NCBI RefSeq assembly: GCF_000007185.1
Contig: NC_003551.1
Location: 1,260,001 to 1,292,000, forward strand
DNA from: Methanopyrus kandleri AV19
GTDB taxonomy: Archaea > JAADCQ01 > Methanopyri > Methanopyrales > Methanopyraceae
DNA length: 32,000 nucleotides
Reading direction: 5' to 3'
Positions within the stretch are counted from its first letter, which is position 1; each line of letters begins with the position of its first letter. Both the position numbers and the translations under genes were made by a program. This document shows positions 11,731-21,933 of this stretch, piece by piece. The notes under the pieces were generated by a model. That model did no database searches. It was not told where the DNA came from and saw only the letters and a list, made by a program, of their open reading frames with translations.

Positions 11731-12240
11731 TCAGAACTTGGCGAGCGGGTGCTCGACCTCGTCTTTCTTCTCGATCAGTTCGTCGATGGTCGGCTCACCC
11801 TTCATGGCGCACTCGATAGCTTTCTTCATGGCCTCCTTGTTGTTCTCGTAGAGCCGACGATCGTCCTCGGCCTCCGGGTGCACGAAGGTGTTCGCTATTA
11901 TGACCACGTCGTCGACGATGTCGCGGGGGATTATCCCCTCCTCCACGGACTCGACGACCGCCTCCGCGATCCCCCGCTGCACAGGACCGAAGATCTTCTC
12001 CCCCTGGGCCATGTTCTCGATGGTGACCGTGGGTGTGATCAGTGTGGGCGGTCGGACGGCGACTCCGGGCGTCAGGACGGCGAGGAGCGGCGTGTGTCCC
12101 TTGGAGGGACTCGCGAGGGCCTCGGCGAACGCTCGACCGACCGGACCTTCCACGGACCCCATGACCAGGTCGATGTGTGCTATCTCGGGTTCATCCGGCT
12201 CGCCTACGAAGGCCTCCCCGACGCGTAACGCGAACGGCAT
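11731..12240 (-). CDS. fae: formaldehyde-activating enzyme (Fae family)
   Basis: VGEAFVGEPDEPEIAHIDLVMG, SKGHTPLLAVLTPGVAVRPPTLITPTVTI, EEGIIPRDIVDDVVIIANTFVHPEAEDDRRLYENN all match the Fae family. Confidence 0.95.
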   Translation of the reverse strand: MPFALRVGEAFVGEPDEPEIAHIDLVMGSVEGPVGRAFAEALASPSKGHTPLLAVLTPGVAVRPPTLITPTVTIENMAQGEKIFGPVQRGIAEAVVESVEEGIIPRDIVDDVVIIANTFVHPEAEDDRRLYENNKEAMKKAIECAMKGEPTIDELIEKKDEVEHPLAKF

Positions 12241-12270
12241 AGGGATCGCCCTCGTACTTCAGCTCGTCCA

Positions 12271-12280
12271 TAGTATAAGT
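12271..12280 (-). promoter_or_regulatory. candidate TATA box for fae (ACTTATACTA), ~30 nt upstream of the start
   Basis: AT-rich archaeal-type box in a GC-rich genome, directly upstream of ATG at 12240. Confidence 0.5.
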
Positions 12281-12377
12281 GCACCTTAACTTCAGCGAGA
12301 ATCAAAAGGGCTAAAGAAATACCGATCGCCGCGCCGAGCGAGTTGAGTTACCGGCTCGGTCCACGTCCCCCACCCTA

Positions 12378-13644
12378 CCGACCGATCTAGGCCGTTCATC
12401 CGATCGGGACGACCTCCGGGGGCAGCCACAGGCGCCGGGCCAGCCTCGACGCGCGCAGGGTCGTCAGGACCCGTCCGACGGAGACGAGCGCCAGCGAGAG
12501 GACGCCGACCGCCTCGCCGTACAGGACGTCCCAGCCGAGCCCCACGAACAGCGCCACCACCAGCCCGGCCAACCCCCGCCAGTGTCAGGGGCCTCGTGAC
12601 GTCGGATCCCGTCGTGTGTACGGCGACGGGGAACCGGAGGGGCTCCCGACGGTACGCCCGGACGAGCAGGAGCGAGGGCGGGACGAGGGCCGCGGCCCCG
12701 GCGACCACGAACGGGCCGGCCAGGAAGTGCCCGAAGAGGACCGGCAAGGGCGCGAACAGGCACCAGAAACCGGTGAGGACGGCGAAACCCTGCAGCTGCA
12801 GGAGGACCAGCCCGCGCAGCCAGGGGACCGATCCCCACCGGTAGGCGCGGCGCGCGATCAGCCAGTACACGACCGACATGACGGCCAGCGGGACCAGGGC
12901 GACCGCGACGACGAACGCGACCAGGGTCCAGAAGGTCACCTTCACACCGAGCTTCATGAGCGCCTTGATCATCTTGAGCAACAGCTTCTTCGAGGCCTTG
13001 GCCAGCGCCGTCCCACCAGTCTTCCCGCCCGCGTCGCCCTTCGCGCCGGCCTTGACCTTGGCCCCGGCCGCGCCCTTCTTCCCCTTCCCACCACCAAATA
13101 GTATGGAGAGTGAACCCAGCACGACCGACAGGCCCACCTTCCGCGGGCTGACGTCCTCCGGGTCCCGACCGCTCTCCTTCAGCAGCCTCAGCCAGTACTC
13201 CAGGAGCTCCCGGACCACCCGACGGGCCCGTTCGGGCGGACCCACCCGCACCTCCAACCACGGCCAGCGCAGCCAGACCCCGTCCTCACGACGCTCGAAG
13301 AGGGGAGGCTTCCGCTCCTTCCTCAGGACCCTCCGCAGGTGTCTGAGCAGCCGGTCCACGTCCCCGTCCCGGGCGGCCAGGATCGCCTTGACACCGCGGT
13401 ACAGCTTCCGGCTGCGGAACGGGAGCACGACGTGCTCCAGGTCCCGGGTGATCAGGACCAGCCGCACCTCCTCGTCCGGGTCCATCCGCGGGCGGGACGA
13501 GCGGTGCTCCTTCACGCTCACGACGTCCTCCGGACGTACCCGGACCGTCCCGTCCGGCCCGCGCACGACGATGCACTCCGAGGAGAGCCTCACCCACGTG
13601 GAGGAACCCGGGAGCGCGCGGACTGGCCGGACCGTCGCGACCAC
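12378..13644 (-). pseudogene. multi-spanning membrane protein with one frameshift near 12580-12600
   Basis: ORF 12292..13644 has clear TM segments, then turns Arg/Gly-rich. Another frame gives LAGLVVALFVGLGWDVLYGEAVGVLSLALVSVGRVLTTLRASRLARRLWLPPEVVPIG*. Confidence 0.6.
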
Positions 13645-13968
13645 CCCAGCGGGTCGGGGGATCGGCCTCGACCCGCGACGCCGGACGACACGACGGGCGC
13701 GACGAGGGCGGTAGAACGTCGATCCCGGAAGCGCGTTCCCAAGACCGGGGAGTCCGAGATCGAGACCCGCCTCCTGTCGGAAGCCGTCGAAGTTATCTTT
13801 CCAGAAGGCTTTTAACGGATCACCGGGCTAGCCACCCGCCCCGGACGGCGCTCTCCCCGGCCTCACGGTCCGCGGACGGACCGGATGGGGACCGAGCGCG
13901 GCGACGACGCCCGGAGTCTAGTTACTTAAAAGTTAACATCCGGACCGTTTGGAAACGGTGACGAACCG

Positions 13969-14772
13969 GTGATGCACTCGACATCCCCTCGTCCGACGGT
14001 CCGGACCCCCCGGGAGACGTGGGGGGAGTGGGCCGTGTTCCCACCCTGTCGGATAATGCACGTCGTCCTCTGGTCGGCGTTGTGGTCGCTGCTATGGGTG
14101 GTGATCCTCCTGGCGGTGTACCGGAGGTCGGGACGCCCATCCAATCGGTGGATCTCGACCATCGCCGGCCGTAGGTGGTTCCAGGATCTCCGCTCGAGGG
14201 TGAAGGAGGTCCTGGAGGCCGTCGAAACCGCGGAGGAGCTCGTGGATACCACCTTTGAGGGAAAGGGCGCCCCGCCCGAGCTGGACCGGAGGCTGGCGGA
14301 CGTCCTGAGGGTCCCGGACCGGGAGGTCGACTGGCGGACCGGGCTCGGGATCGAGTACCTGGGGAAGTCCGCGGGCGATCGGTTCGCGCTGGAGCTCGCG
14401 CTGGAACTGACGGGCTCGGAGGAGGCGGTCCGGGAGCTCGTCGAGGACGGGTACGACGTCCTGCCGTTCGACGTGCGCCTCGAGGGACCGACGGGGACCG
14501 TATCGGCCAGGGGCGTGGTCGTCCCGCTCGGCCGGTCCGACGGGACGCCGGTGGTCGCCGTCGTGGGGGTGGGTCGCCGCGGTACCGGGCGGATCGAGCC
14601 CGTCGACTCGGAGCTGTTCGTCTTCGGCGGTCTGGTGAGCTCACGGCGGACGTTCTCGAGCGTTCTGAGGACCTTCGGCGAGCTCCTCCCGAGGGGCCAC
14701 GCGGACCGACGCGGCGCCCGTCACTGTCCACGCCCGCCCGGTGGGGGGGGGGGCGCACGGGAACCCGGATAA
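13969..14772 (+). CDS. N-terminally membrane-anchored protein, paralog of the 19244..20219 gene; 3' end uncertain at a poly-G run
   Basis: TM segment VLWSALWSLLWVVILLAVYRR. Shared motifs with the paralog: ELDRxLxxxLxxPD, LPFDVRL, GVVVPLG, FVFGGLVSSxRxFSxL. Confidence 0.7.
   Translation: MMHSTSPRPTVRTPRETWGEWAVFPPCRIMHVVLWSALWSLLWVVILLAVYRRSGRPSNRWISTIAGRRWFQDLRSRVKEVLEAVETAEELVDTTFEGKGAPPELDRRLADVLRVPDREVDWRTGLGIEYLGKSAGDRFALELALELTGSEEAVRELVEDGYDVLPFDVRLEGPTGTVSARGVVVPLGRSDGTPVVAVVGVGRRGTGRIEPVDSELFVFGGLVSSRRTFSSVLRTFGELLPRGHADRRGARHCPRPPGGGGGAREPG
14743..14753. repeat. poly-G homopolymer of 11
   Basis: Read directly: cgcccggtgggggggggggcgcac. Confidence 0.9.
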
Positions 14773-15807
14773 TGACAGTGTCGTCGCGCCGATGATCCGG
14801 ATCCACCGTACTATCGGGGACCGCGGACCACCTCGGACCGTCCTCTCGACGCTCCTCGGGGGTTCCTCACTCGACAACCGCCCGTCGGCCAGCTCGACGA
14901 CCTCCGAGCCTCGAGACGTGCCGCGTGCCCTTCGACGTGAACCAGGACCCCGGACACGGCCCGGTGGTCGACACCATCAGGATCAGTAAGGGCACCGGCA
15001 TCGAGGTCCCCCCACGGGAGGACAATTCCCGGCGACCACGTGAACGCCGAGGAACCCGGCGAATTCGCACCCGGATACCGGATATCTGCCCGAGGTCACG
15101 GCCGTTCGAGTCTCCCCGGTTGGGAGTCAGCCCCCGGACGGTACCGCGGTGATGGTGTTGACGTCACCCCGATGAACGACCCCAGCCCGGCCGTGGTGTC
15201 TAAGTCACTACCCTCTGACTCCGTCGGTGCGTCCGTACCCCGTGCTTCCCGTCGAGGGCGAGCCGTGTCCGACGCGAGTAGCTCCGGCTCTCCGTCGCCG
15301 TTCCCGAGGGTCACCGTAATGGTCTCGAGACACCGGCCGCCCCGTCACGGACTCGATAGTTTCATCGTCTCAGGGACCGTTCGAGCTTCGACGACGCTAG
15401 TACGGTGCGACGTGTGGTACTTCCGGATTAAGTTGGCCCGTAATTTCGGAACTCGCGACGTTTTTCCCGCACGGTCGGAGCGTCGTGACGGCGACAGACG
15501 TCGAATGCGGGGACAGGTCGCCGATGGGCTACGGAGGGAGAACCATCCAGGTAAACTTATTCTAACCCTCCGAAGGCGTGGTAACGGGAGGGATGGATGG
15601 CGGACCTCCCGGCGGAAGGTCCGGAGGTACCCCGACGCGAGCAGGACCGAGGAGGGCAGCGGCGGGCCGACCGGCACCGCGTCGGTCAGAAGGTAGTTGA
15701 GGAGGCTCCTTAGGTGCACCGCCGGCCTGCCGGAGGTCTCCACGGGTAGTTCGGATCGATTATCCCTTCAAAGCGAAGTAGGGCGCGAGGAACCGGCACG
15801 AGGGGTA

Positions 15808-17502
15808 CTACGAGCCACGCGCCGGACCGTCCCCGCGGGTGCGTCCCTCGACGGTCTCCGTCAGGAGCTCTATCAGGGGCAGGGTCAGCCCCTCGAGATG
15901 TGCCCGGCACAGCTCCACGAGCCTCCGGTGGACCTCCCTGCGGTCCGAGACCGGGTCCCCGTGCTGCAGCTTGTTCCTGATGCGACGGATCGGCGGCTTC
16001 TCCAGCGCGAGCTCGGTCGGGTCGTCGGTCCCGGAGAGCTCCGCGAGCTCGCGGAGCCTCGGGTCGTCCCGGAACGCGTCCCCGAGGCGCTCCTCGAGGT
16101 CCCGCTTGAGGGGTAGTCCCCCGCCCACCAGGGACCTCAGGAGCTCCCCGCTCCGGCTCCAGCTCTCCCACACGGTCTCGGTCGACTCCCCCACGTCCTC
16201 GCCGAGCTCCCCGAGGATGCGACGTATGGCGCCCCGAGCGGCCGGGAGCCCCCCGAACGGGTCGAAGAGCTTGAAGTACAGCTCGTCCAGGGTCGCGGCG
16301 GCCAGCTCCTTCAGCCGCCTTAACTCCCCGTCCGAGCGCTTCAGGCGCGCCCGCTTGTAAGCGCCCTCGTTCAGGAACGGCTCGACGAGCTTCGCGAAGG
16401 CCCGCAGCAGCAGGTGCGTCTCGTTCATCAGGCTCGCGGCCTCCGCCACTCTACCCCGGTCCAGCATGTATCGGCAGTAATCCCGCAGGAAGTCCCGCAC
16501 CTCGGACAGCCGAGCCGCCAGCTCGCGGCGCTCCTCCGGCGTCAGCGGTCCCTCCGAGACCGTCCGGCGGGCGGGCTCACGAGGTTCCACGTCCCCCAAG
16601 AACACCCGCCGGAGCGTCCCCCAGACGAGTTCCACCAGGGAATCCCGGTCGGGGACGTCCTCCTCGCGCACGAACTCGTGGACCGGACCGGGGGACGACG
16701 CCCGCTCCACCCGGGCGAACTCCCGGAGCGTCTCGACCCACTCCACGGGCTCCGAGCGTATCGTCCGGAGCGCCTCCTCGGCCTCGTCGACCCACCTGGG
16801 GGACGGGTCCGCCAGGTACGTCGCCACCGTGTCGCGGATCCTCCAGGCCAGCACGTGGTCGGTCACGTCCGCCACGAGCCACCGGTCCCCCTCCACGACG
16901 CCCTCGACCTCCTTCCCCGAGATGCAGTACGAGAACGCCACACGCTCCCAGAGGCTCCCCTCGTCGTCCCCGAGCACCGCCCGGCGGAAGGTCAGCGCCC
17001 GGAGGGCGGGTACCAGGCCCAGGGCCGAGGCGAACGGCATCACGCGGGCGCCGTGCGTCAGGTCGAAGAGGACCGCGTCGCCCGTCCTCAGGAGTTCCAG
17101 CGTCACCTCGCACACTCGGTCGACCAGGCCTTCCGGTTCGGTCAACCGCGCGTCCGTGTGCTCTTCGACCCCGTACTCGAGGTCCTCGAGCGGCTCTCGG
17201 ACCTTCTCTTCGTACTTCTCGCGCTTCTCATCCTCCTCGATGATCCCCGTGGACACGACCACGGCCTCGCCGGGCTCGACGTCGAACCCGTCGTGCAGGG
17301 CCTCGAGGAGCGCGAGGGTACCCAGCTCTCGGTCCGAGGTCTCCACGACCTCGACCTTCCGACCCTCCACGGTCCACTCCAGGGTGTCCTCGGGCGATTC
17401 GCCGGTCAGCCGCTCGAGCAGCGACACCTCGACCAGCCAGGGTTCCTTCGGTTTCCGGTAGTTCGACACGTCCCCGAGGGTCAGGAGGACGTGCAACCGC
17501 AC
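15808..17502 (-). CDS. CARF-HEPN protein, Csx1/TM1812-like CRISPR-associated ribonuclease (564 aa)
   Basis: N-terminal VLLTLGDVSNYRK, central AVLFDLTHGARVMPF (the D-THG-R-P signature of this family), C-terminal HEPN motif RNKLQH (R-X4-H). Confidence 0.75.
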   Translation of the reverse strand: MRLHVLLTLGDVSNYRKPKEPWLVEVSLLERLTGESPEDTLEWTVEGRKVEVVETSDRELGTLALLEALHDGFDVEPGEAVVVSTGIIEEDEKREKYEEKVREPLEDLEYGVEEHTDARLTEPEGLVDRVCEVTLELLRTGDAVLFDLTHGARVMPFASALGLVPALRALTFRRAVLGDDEGSLWERVAFSYCISGKEVEGVVEGDRWLVADVTDHVLAWRIRDTVATYLADPSPRWVDEAEEALRTIRSEPVEWVETLREFARVERASSPGPVHEFVREEDVPDRDSLVELVWGTLRRVFLGDVEPREPARRTVSEGPLTPEERRELAARLSEVRDFLRDYCRYMLDRGRVAEAASLMNETHLLLRAFAKLVEPFLNEGAYKRARLKRSDGELRRLKELAAATLDELYFKLFDPFGGLPAARGAIRRILGELGEDVGESTETVWESWSRSGELLRSLVGGGLPLKRDLEERLGDAFRDDPRLRELAELSGTDDPTELALEKPPIRRIRNKLQHGDPVSDRREVHRRLVELCRAHLEGLTLPLIELLTETVEGRTRGDGPARGS

Positions 17503-17671
17503 CGGGCGCGGCCCCGGTCAGACGATTCACGGAACGTTAAACCGCCGTCGGACCTCTCCGGGAAACCTGAGAGTATTGGAAGGATTCTGAAACGTTTCCG
17601 CGCCGTGGACCGAACTCGAGGAAACGTTATGACCGGTCGGACGGTCCCTACCCCGGATCGGGGGAGCGCGC

Positions 17672-18295
17672 TTGGTACTGCCGCTCGTAACGGCGATCCT
17701 CCTGACTGCAGCGCCCGCGGCGGGGCTGCAGTTCGAGGCCCCGACGGCGGGCTACCCCGTGCCCGAGCCGCCGCACCTGGAGGACGGTGATGGTCACGTC
17801 GAGCCCCCGTTCAGGTACGCGGGCGACCACCGAGTGAGGGTGTACCCGTGTTCGGTACCGTCGACCGCCTGGGTGTTCCTGGAGGACCGTCGGTGCGTGA
17901 TCGCCGTGAAGCCCGTCGGCGGGGGTCACCCGGTGCTGCTCCTCGACGTGAGCGACCTGGTGGTCTCGGTGGGTGCCGACGGCGTCCGGCTCCGCGGGGG
18001 TTACGCCACCGCGGTGCGGATGGAGCCCGTGGACTTCCCATCCCTCTGGATACCCTACGAGGTCGTGACGGGGTCCGGGGTGGAGCTGCTGTTCCCGTGG
18101 CTCCTCGGCCCGATCGTCCGGGAGTGCTCCAGGACCGAGTTCGAGCGGGTTGCGGAACTGATCGCCGGGGAGCGTGGGACCCCTCCGGAGGACGTCGAGA
18201 CCGGGGTCTGGGACGAGCTCAGGCCGCCGTCACCCCTGCCGGTGCCCGCCGTACTCTTCGTGCCGCCCGCGAGGAAGCGTCGGTCCGCGAGGTGA
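17672..18295 (+). CDS. secreted protein with signal peptide and tail PSPLPVPAVLFVPPARKRRSAR
   Basis: TTG-start ORF beginning MVLPLVTAILLTAAPAAG. Confidence 0.65.
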   Translation: MVLPLVTAILLTAAPAAGLQFEAPTAGYPVPEPPHLEDGDGHVEPPFRYAGDHRVRVYPCSVPSTAWVFLEDRRCVIAVKPVGGGHPVLLLDVSDLVVSVGADGVRLRGGYATAVRMEPVDFPSLWIPYEVVTGSGVELLFPWLLGPIVRECSRTEFERVAELIAGERGTPPEDVETGVWDELRPPSPLPVPAVLFVPPARKRRSAR

Positions 18296-18542
18296 TTTCG
18301 CGTCCACTCTGCGCCGACCCCGTGCGGTGTCGACCGATTCGGGTTCGGTCTCACACCGGTTCTCGTAAGGCCTGTGCCTGAAGTGCTTCAATGGATGTTC
18401 TTGTGTTTCGGCAACTCGTTCAATCAAGGTCTCGAGGGTGGACGGTAAGGACGCCGGTATAGGAGGTAGGGTGCATTGGATATTAAGGAAGTGAACCTCG
18501 TGTTGGAGCTCTCCGAGCGAGTGGAGGCTCGGTGACTCCCTA

Positions 18543-18818
18543 GTGACTGAAGGGGTTAGGGCTGACCGTCGAGAGGTCGGCTCGAGGAGGACGGGGGAAG
18601 TAGTGAGGGATCGATCGTCGGTAATAGTGATGACGATATCTTACTGCAACACTCGCAAACGCTTTCGGTGGCGGCAGAAAAGCCCTGTCGAAGTTCTCAA
18701 AGGTGTTTTGTGGAATCGCAAGTTGATAGGGGAAGTTATTGGTAAGATGGACGAATGGTTAGGGAAAATTCGCAAAGGGTATGAGTATATTCACCCGGAA
18801 AGCGTTCTGAGGGTTTAG
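18543..18818 (+). CDS. small hypothetical ORF in an AT-richer island
   Basis: ORF only. Confidence 0.3.
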   Translation: MTEGVRADRREVGSRRTGEVVRDRSSVIVMTISYCNTRKRFRWRQKSPVEVLKGVLWNRKLIGEVIGKMDEWLGKIRKGYEYIHPESVLRV

Positions 18819-18819
18819 A

Positions 18820-19008
18820 TTGGGAATAGACTATACCACGGAGAGGGTAATCATCCACAGGCAACGCCTGCCGGAGATACTCGAAGACCGTATCATCGAA
18901 AAGTACGGTCTGGATAAAGTCCAGGAATCGGATCATCACTGGAGGAAGGTGTCCGAACCGGCGTTATCGGTCACGCGGAAGCTCGTTCCCCGAACAATTG
19001 ACGCGTAG
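18820..19008 (+). CDS. small hypothetical ORF directly following the previous one
   Basis: ORF only; MGIDYTTERVIIHRQRLPEILEDRIIEKYGLDKVQE looks protein-like. Confidence 0.3.
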   Translation: MGIDYTTERVIIHRQRLPEILEDRIIEKYGLDKVQESDHHWRKVSEPALSVTRKLVPRTIDA

Positions 19009-19243
19009 ACATCGAACATCCGCCTGGTCGCTCGAGAGACCACCATCAGCTCCAAGACCGCCCGAGCGCGCTCGTCCACGGGCACACGCCGACCGTGTCG
19101 ACGTCGTCTCGGTCTCCCAAGAATCGAGAGTTCCGCGTCGGTCCTCCCATCCCCACCACGAGAAGACACCTCCTACTCTGTCGTCATCTCAACGGCGGAA
19201 CCGGGGTCCGTGCAGCGTTCGAAGCGCCGGGACGTCCATGGTA

Positions 19244-20219
19244 TCACTCGTCCCCGTTCCCTCCGTTACCGTCATCACCTCCATCGTCACCGTCGTCTCC
19301 ATCGTCCCCATCGCCATCTCCATCGCCGTTCCCGTCACCGTCCCAGGCCGATTCGGCGACGGATTCCGCCACCTCACCGACGGCGTCCCAGACGTCGTCC
19401 GTTCCCCCGTCACTCCCCCCTCCGATCGCCTCGTACACCGTCTCGGCGATATCTTCGGCGGCGTCGAGGTCGAGCTCGAACTCCATCCCTGCACCGGCCC
19501 CAATCCCCGCTCTCGATCGACGCCTCCGGGCTCGCGCCAGCCTCTTGAGCTCACCCGGGCTGAGGACCAAGAGCGTCGAGAGTACCGAGAACACGCGTTC
19601 ACTTCCGATAATCCCACCGAACACGAACACGTGGCGTCTCCGGACGTCCGGATCGATGTCGTCCGAACCCGAGCGACATACCCCTAAGAGGACGATCACG
19701 GGTCGTTCGCTCCGGTGCGATGGGACGTCCCCGGCGCTTCGAACGCTGCACGGACCACCCGAGCGGGACGATCAGCCCTCGGATCCTGTTCCACGTGCTC
19801 ATCCGGACGTGGGTGGTTCGGAGTCGGACATCGAACGGTATGAGGTAGGGTTCGAACGCCTCGAGGCTCTCGGAATCGATCAGACGGAGGGCCTCGTCCA
19901 GCGCGTCCTCCCGACCTTTGGTCTCCCACACGTTCATCATCGCGATACCGAACCTCAGTGCGACCGATGTATCCGGGATTTTCAGGAGTTCGGACAGCTC
20001 CCGATCGAGCTCCTCCGCGGTACCCTCACCCCGGAAGACGGCGTCCGACGACTCCTCAGCCTTCTCGACGATCTCTAGGATCCGCTCGGCCTTGCTCCGC
20101 AGTCTCCGTGACCGTCGGGTGATGATTAGGGTGCCGAGGAACTGCGAGATCGCGATCAGGACCACGAGGATCGCGAGGACGTGGATGACGTGATACCACG
20201 ACGTGGGAGGCACCCCCAC
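19244..20219 (-). pseudogene. membrane-anchored protein, paralog of 13969..14772, with a frameshift (~19700-19750) and Asp/Gly-rich C-terminus
   Basis: ORF 19599..20219 (TM + ELDRELSELLKIPD + LIPFDVRL + GLIVPLG) continues in another frame as VIVLLG...HVFVFGGIIGSERVFSVLSTLL...DGDGNGDGDGDGDDGDDGDDGGDDGN. Confidence 0.7.
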
Positions 20220-20903
20220 CCGACCGGGGTCCCGAGAGTGCCATCTCGTGAGCTGGAGATCGTCGACGCCGTCCCCCGTGCCGGCCTACGTATTCACCGC
20301 CACCGTTCCAGTCCGGAACGTACCTCGGAGCGGGAGATCTCCCCGGATATCGACGAACCGACGCATCCGGAGGCGAACGCCACGATCGTTGCAGCGGCCG
20401 AGGGCGCGTACCCGGTTCGGAACCGCGGGTCCTACGGCGTCGGGCCGTGACCCAGCACCGTCGATCCGAGGCAGGACAACGGGGGCGTGAGGACGGTCTT
20501 CGGGGGACCGTTTCCTCCCCCTCACACGCGCTCCCGACGCGTCGGTGCCCCTACCGGGCGGTGGGAACGCTACCCTCCGGCCGGAGCGGCTCGGGAGGTC
20601 GACCGAGTCCGGTGGGTGATCGTGGACGAAGGGTCCGACACTCGCATCCCAGGTGAGCGTCCGTGACGTGTAGGGTTTCCGATCGGCAACGGAGCCCACA
20701 TCGACGCCGGGCGGTGCGGATGCTCGTTGGATCCCGGTGGTGTGTACGCGGGTGCGATCAGTGCGGGCGGCGCCGAGCGGTAGTGGAAGGGAACGAGGTG
20801 ATCGATCATCGACCACGCTCTCCGACCTATCCCGCGCGTGGTCCACGTTACGGAACGTGCGCGGGTTCGGACGATCTATAGAAACCGCCACTTATTATAA
20901 GAG

Positions 20904-20929
20904 AACATTTTAGTTTAACATTTTAGTTT
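20904..20929. repeat. tandem duplication of 13-mer AACATTTTAGTTT
   Basis: Read directly in an AT-rich intergenic stretch. Confidence 0.8.
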
Positions 20930-20955
20930 CTTGTTTATCCCAGACCGTCGTGCCA

Positions 20956-21933
20956 TCACGGGTCGACCGCGGTTCCTACCCTGCGAACGCCCTCCGTAGT
21001 AGGATCGCGGGCGTGGAGGTCGTCCGTCGCGCGACGCCATCGACTTCCCCCAGGGCGACCCGCGGGTACGGGCACCGGCCACCACACCGGGGAGCCCGCG
21101 GACCTCGAGTTCCCCTCCGGCGCGCGAGTCGGCATCGGCCGTCCCAGCGTCACCGTCCCGAGCTCGAAGAGGTCGGGTAGTCTCGGGATCCACTCGGCCG
21201 GTACGTAGCAACCCATGAACTCCACGGGGTCGGGTCCGGCTCCGCGCCTCCCGAGCAGCGCTCCCCCGTCGTAGGCGACCCACACTCGGACGGTCGCGCG
21301 GCCGTCACGGGGTTCCACCAAGTAGACGAGCACGTCCCGGCGGTTGACGCCGTACGGGTCGAGCCCGGCGATCTCGGCCGCCGCCCGGACGGGGTCGGTG
21401 TCGTAGTCCTCGAACCTCCCTCGGTCGTAGTACCTCGGGTCGTTCGGGACGAGCACGTACTCGCCCTCGGCCAGCCGGAGTACCTCCAGCAGGGTCCTAC
21501 CGTAGCGGTAGACGGCGACGCCCACGGTCCCGTCCGGCGATCCGACGAGGAAGTGGCCGATCCCGATCCTCCGGAGGAGGTCCAGGGCGCGCTCGAGGTC
21601 CCACTCGGTCACCTCGCCCGCGAGTACGACGCGCTCGCCCAGCTCCTCGAGCCCGCGGTTGACCGACTCGTCGTCCGCGCCGCCTATCGTGATCACCCAG
21701 CCGTCCTCGGTGATCACCGTGTGGCAGAAGCGGCCGTTCCTGAGCTTGTACTCCCGCAGGGCCCCACGACCGGCCCACGTCGTCACCTCCAGGTGAAGGG
21801 TCGCCCGGTAGGTCGCGTCCCGCCGGTAGGCGACGGCGTAGCCCCCGTGGGTGCGGACGAGGACGGCGCTGCAGTCCCCGTGGGTCGGGTGCTGGAGGGC
21901 GACCAGGAGCAGGGTCAGGGTGGGGTCGGGCAC
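20956..21933 (-). CDS. predicted exported protein containing GSPVWWPVPVPAGR tail-like segment; possible Cys-nucleophile hydrolase fold
   Basis: Good coding ORF. N-terminus is hydrophobic (TLTLLLVAL) then GDCSAVLV. The fold suggestion is weak. Confidence 0.6.
   Translation of the reverse strand: MPDPTLTLLLVALQHPTHGDCSAVLVRTHGGYAVAYRRDATYRATLHLEVTTWAGRGALREYKLRNGRFCHTVITEDGWVITIGGADDESVNRGLEELGERVVLAGEVTEWDLERALDLLRRIGIGHFLVGSPDGTVGVAVYRYGRTLLEVLRLAEGEYVLVPNDPRYYDRGRFEDYDTDPVRAAAEIAGLDPYGVNRRDVLVYLVEPRDGRATVRVWVAYDGGALLGRRGAGPDPVEFMGCYVPAEWIPRLPDLFELGTVTLGRPMPTRAPEGNSRSAGSPVWWPVPVPAGRPGGSRWRRATDDLHARDPTTEGVRRVGTAVDP

Noticed and set aside
12464-13261. 265-aa minus-strand ORF in an alternate frame
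   Set aside because: Overlaps the TM-containing frame of 12378..13644. Gly/Arg/Trp-rich shadow frame.
13922-14806. 294-aa minus-strand ORF
   Set aside because: Antisense to the membrane-protein gene that has a paralog. Arg/Pro-rich shadow ORF.
14780-15800. Several ORFs on both strands
   Set aside because: None shows protein-like composition or recognisable motifs; treated as unassigned.
16414-17790. 458-aa plus-strand ORF
   Set aside because: Antisense to the CARF-HEPN gene. Low-complexity His/Arg/Pro composition is typical of shadow ORFs in high-GC DNA.
15000-19100. CRISPR array near the CARF-HEPN gene
   Set aside because: I looked for regularly spaced ~25-37 nt repeats and saw none in the flanks or elsewhere in the window.
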